Positions 21,992 to 30,783 of a stretch of DNA of 33,938 nucleotides are shown here, in pieces (position 1 is the first letter of the stretch; every line of letters begins with the position of its first letter). The notes under the pieces were generated by a model, which ran no database searches, was not told where the DNA came from, and saw only the letters and a program-made list of their open reading frames with translations. The DNA lies in assembly GCA_002269645.1 (NCBI GenBank), contig NIVC01004832.1, positions 1 to 33,938 on the forward strand, read 5' to 3'. Source of the stretch: Macrostomum lignano. Lineage: Eukaryota. The position numbers and the translations under genes were made by a program.

Positions 21992-23349
21992 ATGGCCTTC
22001 AGTAAACCATTATTTCTAGGTTCTGCATTGGATATTCAGTCAGCTATAACAAAACTACCACCCATCTTCGCCACTGGAAAATATCCTGGCGAATTTCATA
22101 TTCCAGGGTATTCTTTCACTGGCCCAGGTACAAATTTAGACAAGAGACTCAATCCAATTACAGACTGGCCTCGGTATGTAGTCTACCAATTAATCCAATT
22201 GATTGGACTGCTTACTATCATGACAAAAGCTATAGAGATGCTGAAAAGACGTCTTCAACTCCAGAGGAAGCCCTAGCAAAGAAGCATATTGCTGATGAAA
22301 AAATGATAGCTGATTTAGATGCTATTCCAACCAGCGACTTGTCGGTAAAGGAGAGACTCATTAGAAATCTAGTAAAGCGTATTATCAATGCTAAAGTTCG
22401 GTTTGGATTAGGAATTCATACTCACAACCCCAACAATTGTATAGACTGTCTAACAATTTATGGTAAGGGTCTTAGCTATGAAGATGCAGTAAAATTGCAT
22501 AGGGAATACAGAAAGCCAAGAGTATTTAGAAAAATGATTCACTATGCAAAAGACACAATTTGGCATGCAGATATCATTATCCTACCGCCCGAAAGAGGTT
22601 ACAAATATGCTCTCACTATCATAGATGGTTTTACACGTTACGCCTGGGCAGTTCCTTTGAAAACAAAGACGGGAGCGGAAGTTGCAGAAGCTTTCCAAAA
22701 AGTATTTAAGGAATCAGGAAGACGATCAGAGAGACTTTGTGTAGATGAAGGCAAGGAGTTTTATAATCAGCATATGTACAAGCTATACTCGTTTTCAAAA
22801 GACAACATTAGAAAGAAGGATGAAAGGGGTGAATATATTAACAAGATGTTTTCAATTTATGGCGAGTCCAAGAATGCAATGATTGAGAGGTTCAATCGTA
22901 CTCTCACAAATAAACTCTGGTTTGAATTTGATCTACAGGGTAATCAGAAGTGGCTCCACACATTGCCAGCTATTGTTGAAAAATACAACAACACAATCCA
23001 TTCTGAGATTCTGATAACTCCTTCAGAAGCATCTAAACATCCTGAGCGAGTACCAAAGCCAACTTTCGAGTATTCAAATGAGAAACCAAACTTCAAAGTA
23101 GGTGACAAAGTTCATATCTATAGATATAAGGAGCACTTTGAAAAGGGTCGAAGAGGATATTGGAAAATTTCAGAAGTGTTTAGGATAAAGAAAATAGTTT
23201 ACTCCAATCCCATAACCTACATTATTGAGGATGAGAATGGAGAAGAAATCATTGGATCATTTTACAAATCCCAGCTTCTACCAGCAAATTTTTCAACTAA
23301 AAATGAGCGCCTATCGAACAAACTGCAAACGGGCGAAAGGTCAGATTGA
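21992..23349 (+). CDS. Parvovirus-like phospholipase A2 (PLA2X) domain joined to a retroviral-type (rve) integrase; one frameshift near 22170
   Basis: GYSFTGPGTNLDKRL (Ca-binding loop, frame 2), then LPINPIDWTAYYHDKSY (catalytic HD, frame 1). Frame 1 stays open into WHADII...IIDGFTRYAWAVPLK...VDEGKEFYN...IERFNRTL (DDE) and the C-terminal FKVGDKV...SFYKSQL. Confidence 0.88.
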
Positions 23350-23725
23350 AACGTCTGATTCACAACTACTAGCTGATAAAGAGGGTGAAGGAATTGGTGA
23401 TATGATCAGTGGTGTCACAAACTTTTTATCAAATCATGGAAGTAAAATTGTGAGTGGAGCTGATGCAATAGGTAAAACAGCTACCACAGCGAAGAACATA
23501 TTCGATGCGAAGAAATCATACAGTGACATGTCTAAAGCAGGTGAGGAACTGGAATATATTAAAAAGAAACGTAGAGATAAAGAAGCAAAGAAAAGAATGG
23601 AAGAAGAGCAACAGATAGCTTCTCAATCAAATAAGGCTATTCAAGATATTGTTAAAAAGGCTCTAGGAACAGCAGAACAGTCTCAAGTGTCTTTGAGACA
23701 AGGCAATGGTTTGAAGAAATTCTGA
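23303..23725 (+). CDS. Basic, amphipathic putative virion core / membrane-active protein
   Basis: ATG in TAAAAATG context. EGEG then the amphipathic IGDMISGVTNFLSNHGSKIV, a K/R/E-rich coil and a C-terminal QGNGL. Confidence 0.7.
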   Translation: MSAYRTNCKRAKGQIETSDSQLLADKEGEGIGDMISGVTNFLSNHGSKIVSGADAIGKTATTAKNIFDAKKSYSDMSKAGEELEYIKKKRRDKEAKKRMEEEQQIASQSNKAIQDIVKKALGTAEQSQVSLRQGNGLKKF

Positions 23726-23733
23726 CCTTAAAA

Positions 23734-24186
23734 ATGAGCGAGAAAAACACTGAAGCAAGACTCAATCGATATGTTCGAGAGGGAAAACCAAGATATGTTA
23801 CTGTAAATAAGCAAAAGCAATATCTTTCTAAAGAGAAGATTCGAGAATTGCAAGAGAAACAGAAAGAACATGAAGGTGGAATAATTCCTCTATTAGGCTT
23901 ACTACCAGCAATATTGGGTGGTATCGGAGCAGCCTCCGGAGTTGGTACAATGATTGCAAAAAGTGTTAATACAGCCAACAATGCTAAGCATAATAAGACA
24001 ATAGAAAGCATTGAACGACAAAAACTAGAAGAGTTGAAAAAGGCTCAAGGGAGTGGAGTGTTAGTTGATGCGGCTAAAAGAGTCGAACAAGTACCCAGCG
24101 AAGCAGTCAAGTGGCTGCTAAAGACTTTTAAAGTTGAAAAGGAGAAACAGGGTAATGGGATAATTCTTAGACCTCACGAAGCTTAG
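23734..24186 (+). CDS. Putative membrane-lytic core protein (adenovirus pVI/pX-like role inferred)
   Basis: Basic N-terminus, then GGIIPLLGLLPAILGGIGAASGVGTMIAKSVNTANNAKHN, matching the GG-hydrophobic-AKAV..A...RHN pattern common in Polinton small proteins. Confidence 0.75.
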   Translation: MSEKNTEARLNRYVREGKPRYVTVNKQKQYLSKEKIRELQEKQKEHEGGIIPLLGLLPAILGGIGAASGVGTMIAKSVNTANNAKHNKTIESIERQKLEELKKAQGSGVLVDAAKRVEQVPSEAVKWLLKTFKVEKEKQGNGIILRPHEA

Positions 24187-24206
24187 TTGAAATTTCTCGT
24201 ATAAAA

Positions 24207-25572
24207 ATGGAGAACAAAAAGGATATACTGAACCTATATGAGGACAAAACTTTTAGCTTTTTCAAAAAGAAAGAAGACTATATTAAGATTTCTCCAACAC
24301 CAGGTAGCACTAATAATCTCAATGTTGCAGGAGGTCAAATAGTTCATGAAGTCAATTCAACAGAGTCATACATTCTCATGTCAGAGGCATTCGGTTGTAT
24401 AAAATACTCAATAACACAAAGAGATAAACACCGACTTGAATACGAACATTACTCTAGAACATAATTGGCCTATGAGACTTTTCTCTCAACTCATAGTTGA
24501 CATTGGAGGAACAAAGAAAGTCTATAATGATCCTGGAGAGTATGACACAATCTTAAAGTCCGTAATGTACTCAAAATTGATGAATGAAGTTGGAGAAGCA
24601 TACGGATGGATTCCAGACACTGGAGATGCTGGGACTGTTTCTGATATAGCTCTAGCAAACAACGCAGATGCTGAAGCTGTGAGAACTGCAGCAATCGCTA
24701 TGAAAAATAGACTCAATAAGAAGGATTCGAATACTGGATACATTAGGAGGCTTGAAAATTATAACAATGTCACTAATGCTCCAAACAGAGGTGGAACAAT
24801 CAAACTATCATTAACACCCCTCATTGGGTTCCTTGATTGGCAGAAGATTAGCAAAGGAATTAAATATAAATTCACATGGACAAGAAAGACTAACGATGCT
24901 GAAATTTTCTTTGGAGCTGCCGGGACGGAAGCTAAGTTAACTATTAATAGCTTTGAGATTTGGATCCCTGCTATTACTTTGTCACCCAGTGCTGAAGCAG
25001 CTTTTCTAAAATCACTCAACAAGGACATTACAGTATCATTTCCAGAGAGGGTAACGGTTCCGCCACAACTCATTCAAGGAAGTCCATATACATGGAACAT
25101 AGCCAACATCTCCAATATGCCACTTGCAATCTTTGTAGCTTTCAAATATGACGTAAACAACCCATCATATATAGTTAATGATCACAAGTATGTGTCTTAC
25201 AAAACTGGAGCAAATGCAGTGAAAATAACCCAGCTTCAAGTCAGATTAAATCAGGTGATGTATCCGAATGATTATGTTGAAATTGATCCAGTAGCTCAAG
25301 ACATTCACAGAGCATATGAAATGTACGAGGACATCTGCAGCCGTTTCGGTGTAACTCCACCATTCAATAAACAAGACTTTCTAACAATCTATCCAATATT
25401 CTGCTTTGATCTAACAGCTCAGGATGAGTTTCTTGTCAAGAGTGGAGTGAATATTCAATTATTTATCAAGAAGTCAACTAATGTTGAGCTGACTGCTTTT
25501 GCACTAATTCTTGAACAAACAAAGAATGTAATAAAAGTTACCAGTGAATATCAAATGACCCGCGTCGAATAA
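24207..25572 (+). CDS. Major capsid protein (double jelly-roll, hexon-like); one frameshift near 24420
   Basis: ORFs 24207-24464 and 24436-25572 join to ~455 aa. Polinton MCP-style motifs: LFSQLIVDIGG, WIPDTG, LTINSFEIWIP, ITQLQVRLNQVMYP, YPIFCFDLT. Confidence 0.85.
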
Positions 25573-25593
25573 GGTCATTTTTTCTTTTTTTAA

Positions 25594-26367
25594 ATGCCCA
25601 AAGTAAAATTTCGGCATGATCCTATTTTCCCTAATCCTCTTTTATGTTGTATTATCGGCGCTACAAATACGGGTAAAACATATTTACTATTCCATATTCT
25701 TACAAGTCCTGAAAAACTAGTTGACTTTAATGAGTTAGTTTTATATGTTCCCAGAGCATCTCAAATGGATCCAGAGTATCAGTTTCTAAAATATGGCTTT
25801 GAAAATGGTCTCCCACCTTCTCTTATCAACTCACTCTATCATGTCTACCAGGTGAGTGAGGATGCATCTCCTGAAGATATTAGACATATTTGTCGAGAGG
25901 CAGCCAACCCTGGTCGAGTGCAAAGCACATCAGAAAATTCAGAAGTAATAGAGAAAATTCCTGTCACTCTTTCCCATACTCCAAATGAAGAAATTTTTCA
26001 TAATGGACTAAAGACATGTGTGATATTGGATGATGTTTTGGGAGAGGCTAATCAAACATTTCAGGAAAGTCTGTTTCAGAGAGGCAGGCATGGAAACTGT
26101 TGTGGTTTTTATCTAGCTCAAAATTTTACCAAACTAGATCGCAATACTGTCAGGGAGAATACGACATGTTACATAATCTTTAAACAAAAAGATACAAACT
26201 TAAATCACATTGCTAGAAATATAGAAACGAATTATGAACCCGCTATATTCAAGGCTAAATGTAGAGAGGCTTGGAAAAAGAAGTATGGCTATATCTATAT
26301 AAATACAAGAGCTGATGAGGATGAGCAAGATTTGTATAAGGATGTTCTAACTAAAATCCCATTGTAA
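25594..26367 (+). CDS. A32/FtsK-like DNA packaging ATPase
   Basis: Walker A IIGATNTGKT, Walker B VILDD, and the RGRHGNC...LAQ...VREN arginine-finger region. Confidence 0.93.
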   Translation: MPKVKFRHDPIFPNPLLCCIIGATNTGKTYLLFHILTSPEKLVDFNELVLYVPRASQMDPEYQFLKYGFENGLPPSLINSLYHVYQVSEDASPEDIRHICREAANPGRVQSTSENSEVIEKIPVTLSHTPNEEIFHNGLKTCVILDDVLGEANQTFQESLFQRGRHGNCCGFYLAQNFTKLDRNTVRENTTCYIIFKQKDTNLNHIARNIETNYEPAIFKAKCREAWKKKYGYIYINTRADEDEQDLYKDVLTKIPL

Positions 26368-26369
26368 AA

Positions 26370-27100
26370 ATGACTAATGAATATATAAGAGAACTCATTA
26401 ATTTAGCAAAGCAGCGAGAAATGTACAAATCCAGAAATGATGCTCAACGCTATTTGAAAATTGGAGAAGAGAGTTTATATGCAAGAGTGGCTCCATTAGC
26501 TCAAAAACCTGTCACAGAAAAGCTCGATGAATTTATTGATGTCAATGCCAACCTTGTTGATAAACTTCAGAATCAAAAAGTTCCAGTTCCGCAATCAAGT
26601 ACACCAAAAGGCCGATTTGAACCCCTAGAAGTATTTGACAAAATAATTGAAGAAATTGGAAAGATTCCAATAACTCAAAGACCAGCGCCTAGTATACGGA
26701 TTCAAAAAACTGATGCTGGATATATATTTGGATCATCTGTAATAGATGTTGAATTCCATGAACAAGGTCGAGACATCATTGTCAACGAATTTCGAATGCC
26801 ATTTTCTGAAGATCTTGAAGAGTTGTTCAAAATGCCTAAAGTAACTGAAAATGGTGAAGAGCTGAAGCAATTCAAGATGCAAACATTGCAGGATTATGTT
26901 AACCTCATTGAACATTGTAAAAATCCAGCGGCCAAATCAAGTGGGAATTATAAGCAAGCAGTAAGGATATTGAAAGATAATCCACCAGGATATCGAGTAA
27001 AACCGGGATCTGGACTCAGTGAAAGAGTGTTGACATTACTAGCCGCAAAAGCAGAGGACATAACAATGTTGATAAAGAGCTAGCAGAATTACTTGCTTAA
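26370..27100 (+). CDS. Conserved Polinton protein of unknown function (PZ-like); probable frameshift near 27055
   Basis: N-terminal YLKIGEE...KPVTEKL pattern. Adding one G gives the C-terminus PGSGLSERVLTLLAAKAGGHNNVDKELAELLA*, whose TAA abuts the next AAATG. Confidence 0.6.
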
Positions 27101-27102
27101 AA

Positions 27103-27892
27103 ATGGAAAAAGAAATAGAAAAAGTCAACATCCTCTTGAGTAAAAAGTTTCAACGCACATTTGACTTCTTTTCAATTAAAAACCCATTTCGACAAACTCT
27201 AGGCACTCCGATAAATTTGTATGAAGATCGAGAATACGAAGCTGGTATAAAAAAGTTTGCAGTCTTTGATGCTATTAACAATATTGAAGGAGGCAATAAT
27301 GAGTTGCGATACTCGAGGGATAGTGGTAGAACATGGAAAAAATAAAGATTCAAGCAGGGATCTTGGGAAGTTAAAAGTCTGTCAAGCGAGATTCAAAGAT
27401 TGCTAACAGCTGCAAATGATTGGAAAGAGGGGGCTATTGTTTTCAGTGCAAGCCTAGACACGCGTAGAGTTGAGTTACGGTTAGCCACAGATTATCAAGT
27501 TGATTTCAGGGATGCACATTCCAATAACTTTAGAAGACTGTTGGGATTCAATTCGGAAGTGTATTTGAAACCATTTGAGAGAGCTCCAAATCCAGCTCGG
27601 ATAGACGGAGCTAGAAGTGCGATCATGGTTCGTTGTCTAAATACAAAGGGGGTTTATCACTGATCCAGCTAATGGAAATCATTTAATTGATAAGCAAATA
27701 CTTCTTTCAATTCCATCGTTCTCTGTCCCAATGGGAAGTAAAATTATTCAAGAGCCCGCAAATCCTGTGTACCTACCACTAACTACAAACATGTTGAGCA
27801 CATTCGACTTTGTCATCGAAGATGAGTCTGGTGTTCTATACGACTTTGATGGCGAGGAAATATTTATAAATCTTCACATACGACAAATATGA
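27103..27892 (+). CDS. Minor capsid protein (penton-like single jelly-roll); breaks near 27340-27355 and 27650
   Basis: NNIEGGNNELRYS...TWKK-I-GSW...LLGF, with C-terminal EPANPVYLPL...FVIEDESGVLYDFDGEEIFINLHIRQI*, the typical Polinton penton ending. Confidence 0.82.
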
Positions 27893-27901
27893 GTGTTAAA
27901 A

Positions 27902-28332
27902 ATGAGCGAAGCTGAGACATGGAATGCATTTAAACAAAAGTTTGGGACTGACACTACGACTAATATTGATCTGATAATTGGGCAAAATATCTCAAGTTAA
28001 AACCATTTCGCTATGCCATGAGAGATGAAATTGTTGATTTACCACAGTATGGTTACTTTATGACAAATATTCACACTTCGAAAGAACGGGGTATACATCA
28101 TTCAGCTATATTTTCAGCTCCTGATAAGGTTTATTTTTTTGATTCCTATGCACTACCGCCCACACTGGAAATTATGGAAAAGTTTAATCACACAAAGAAT
28201 AGAATATGTGGAGACATGGAAGAACAAATTCAAACTTTTGATAAGAAATATTGTGGTCAAATGTCGCTGTACTTTTTACACCGAATCGATAAAGGAGATA
28301 GCTATAACGAAATTTTGCAGCAATTAAAATGA
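27902..28332 (+). CDS. Adenain-like cysteine maturation protease; one frameshift near 27980
   Basis: TNIDL-NWAKYLKL...MTNIHTSKERGIHHSAI (His), YFFDSY (Asp), QIQ...YCGQMSLYFL (oxyanion Gln, Cys). Confidence 0.88.
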
Positions 28333-29707
28333 GTTACAAGAATACTGCCAATCAATTTGGTTACTCGTCAAATTCAAATGATATAGCACCTGGTATAACA
28401 ATAGCGTTAGCTGATGAGCGATACATCAATGAAAATGAAGTATATAAGAGAGAGGAAATAGATAATTTATTGTTAGCAAAGAGAAATGTTTCAGACTCTT
28501 ATTCAAAGGAAGATAGTGACGCAATGAATATCACCATGCTACAATTAATTGACGATGCTCATGGGCGCGTAAACAATGTCTACACAAAAACCGAAACTGA
28601 CACTAAGATGTATTCTAAAACTGAGATTGACACTAAGATGTATTCTAAAACTGAGATTGACACTTTGTTAGCAGAATGGCAAGGTACTGCGGGAGGTACA
28701 GAGAGTTCGAAATTAGTCAATATTCTTTCATTACTGACTTCAAACGCTTCCCATTCTGACATGAAAGTGACCGCTTCTCATAACTCTTCAGCAGCATATC
28801 ATGTTGCAGATTCAAACCCAGCTTCAGATTGGAGCAGTGCAGATGACTCAGACAAGTGGATACGATTTCAATTTTTGAAAAGAGCTAGGAAAGTTGTAGA
28901 GATAAAGTTGGAAGGAGAGGTGTGGCCTGGTTGGTCTGTTAGTGTGAGCCTAAATGGAACAAACTGGACACCTGTTGAACAAAGTGCACCCATTGAACTA
29001 CGAAGGGCAATGCACATCTTAGGAAAAAAATACCCAATCCCTCATATTATTTCCATTATTCTCTTAATTTTTCTGGTTCCGTAAAGCTTACAAAAGTTGA
29101 ATTACTTGAGAGACAAACAGTGGTTAATGATTTAGTGTGGCCTATAGATAGACTTCAAGCTGTACCAAAGCTATACGTAGACAATGCACTTGAATCAGTG
29201 GAGCTGCGACTAAGGCGGGGACTAGGTTTCAAATCTTATACAGGATATATTCCCTCACTAGCAACACGTCAAAACTATAGAGAAAGGGGTTTCAATGTAG
29301 CGTCATCAGGAGCATTTGAAACGTCAGATAATTGGGGTTATATAGTATCTAATTCAGAATGGGCATCGAGGAATGAACCCAATTCTTACATTGAAGTACA
29401 ACTTCCCGAGTCTATTCAAATTTGGAAATTCGGATTGAAAGGAACCAAAGCAGTAGGTAGTGAAATTATAAAAAATCAACCAAAAAGTTTTATTCTGAAA
29501 GGGAGCAATAACAAGAGAGACTTTAGGAATATTTTTTCTACCGAAAACGCTGGTTTAGTTCCTGGAGTCATGAAATATTTTGAAGTAGCTTCCACCGAAA
29601 AATTCTCTGTTTATAGAGTGCATATTAATTCAGCCACTGAAGGATCAACCGTTCTTATTGTTTCAGGCTTTCAACTTTATCCGATTTTAGACATAATCGC
29701 CACATAA
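28329..29707 (+). CDS. Fiber/receptor-binding-like protein: YxKxEID repeats plus two F5/8 type C (discoidin/CBM32-like) domains; one -1 shift at A7 29024-29030
   Basis: Three 30-bp repeats YTKTETDTKM/YSKTEIDTKM/YSKTEIDTLL. Domain 1: VTAS...W...WIRFQF...SVSLNGTNWT. Domain 2: SS...W...YIEVQLP...FILKGSN...YRVHI...FQLY. The -1 frame from 29024 is open into ORF 29120-29707. Confidence 0.7.
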
Positions 29708-29709
29708 AA

Positions 29710-30450
29710 ATGAATGAAAAAAATGAACACATCTATCCTGTGGTTGAGCTGCATGAAGCAGATTTGAGGGAGCGGGACTATTTCAATCAGAGAAAGGGTG
29801 AAATCAAAGGCAGTATTGAATGCATTACTAAAGATCTTACAATTTATAGCAAAAAGGTAAAAAAGTACAAACGGCAAAGTAGCAGGATAAATTGGATCAA
29901 CATTGTGACAGGAAATGTAAGTCTCTTGGCTGCTACAGGAATTGGCATAGCAACATCGATACTGACATTGAATCCCTTAGTTATTGGAGTAGTAATCGGG
30001 GCAATGAGTGGTTTTGAAGCTGTAAAATCCACGTCGTTGTTTGCAACTGTGAAAATGCATTGCCAAAAGCAGAAGGCAAAATACATTTTTCTCAGAGATC
30101 TGGCAAATCAATACAGAGAGAGATTGTATATTTACTCCCAAAAAGCAGTTGATGATTATAGATTAACTCTTGAAGAGGTTCAAGCAGCTGCTGCAATTTA
30201 TTCAGAATACAGAGAAAAAAGAGATCAATTGTTAGACGCCTGTGTTGCGCCTGAAGAAGTTAACCATTCGGAAGTCGTTGATAAAATCCTCAAAGAGAGT
30301 AGACTTGGTCATTCAGCGAAGGAAAAAATTAAAAAGGAATTACTAGAAAAAGATCTGAGAGAAAAATTGGGTCTAGCTGATAAGCCAAAAGAGTACTCGG
30401 CAACACTCAATCTTCAATCAAATGCTCCAAGTGCACCTCCCTACAATTAA
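29710..30450 (+). CDS. Polinton coiled-coil/transmembrane protein (possibly the family annotated GasderminX in adintoviruses) with C-terminal PSAP
   Basis: IYP start, KKYKR before a long hydrophobic Gly-rich segment (VTGNVSLLAATGIGIATSILTLNPLVIGVVIGAMSG), then SQKAVDD..LTLEE. Ends NAPSAPPYN*. Confidence 0.7.
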   Translation: MNEKNEHIYPVVELHEADLRERDYFNQRKGEIKGSIECITKDLTIYSKKVKKYKRQSSRINWINIVTGNVSLLAATGIGIATSILTLNPLVIGVVIGAMSGFEAVKSTSLFATVKMHCQKQKAKYIFLRDLANQYRERLYIYSQKAVDDYRLTLEEVQAAAAIYSEYREKRDQLLDACVAPEEVNHSEVVDKILKESRLGHSAKEKIKKELLEKDLREKLGLADKPKEYSATLNLQSNAPSAPPYN

Positions 30451-30475
30451 TATTGTATAATTTTTTTTCTAGAAA

Positions 30476-30781
30476 ATGGCTGCAATAAAAGTTCTCCTAA
30501 ATGCATACCAAGATGAAATAAAGCGCATTGATAGAGAAATACAAATAAATAACTTTAGGGAGGTGCGTACACATTGTGGAATAATAGAACCGGATTATGG
30601 ATATATTGATAAATTAAGTGATCGCAAATGTTTTCTTGAAACTGCTATTGTTTTTGCAGAAGCATTTATTGAAGATGAAATCGACAAGTTAGTTAAAAAA
30701 ATAAAAGAGATCAGGAAGTATGTTGAGTTTAATGATCAGCGCAAGAAACTTCTTAAGCAATTGAATTGTTTGGTTTTTTAA
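30476..30781 (+). CDS. Hypothetical protein (101 aa, helical)
   Basis: Clean ORF with AAAATG start, packed between the neighbouring genes. No recognised motif. Confidence 0.55.
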   Translation: MAAIKVLLNAYQDEIKRIDREIQINNFREVRTHCGIIEPDYGYIDKLSDRKCFLETAIVFAEAFIEDEIDKLVKKIKEIRKYVEFNDQRKKLLKQLNCLVF

Positions 30782-30783
30782 AC

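Noticed and set aside
23225-23302. Upstream extension of ORF 23225-23725 given by the ORF track
   Set aside because: It overlaps the conserved integrase C-terminus. The ATG at 23303 sits in the element-wide TAAAAATG context and is the better start.
29022-29033. Programmed -1 ribosomal frameshift at A-AAA-AAA in the fiber-like gene
   Set aside because: The heptamer is in the right phase, but I see no downstream stimulatory structure, and many other homopolymer indels in the window make an error more likely. Accurate reads confirming A7 in several copies would reopen this.
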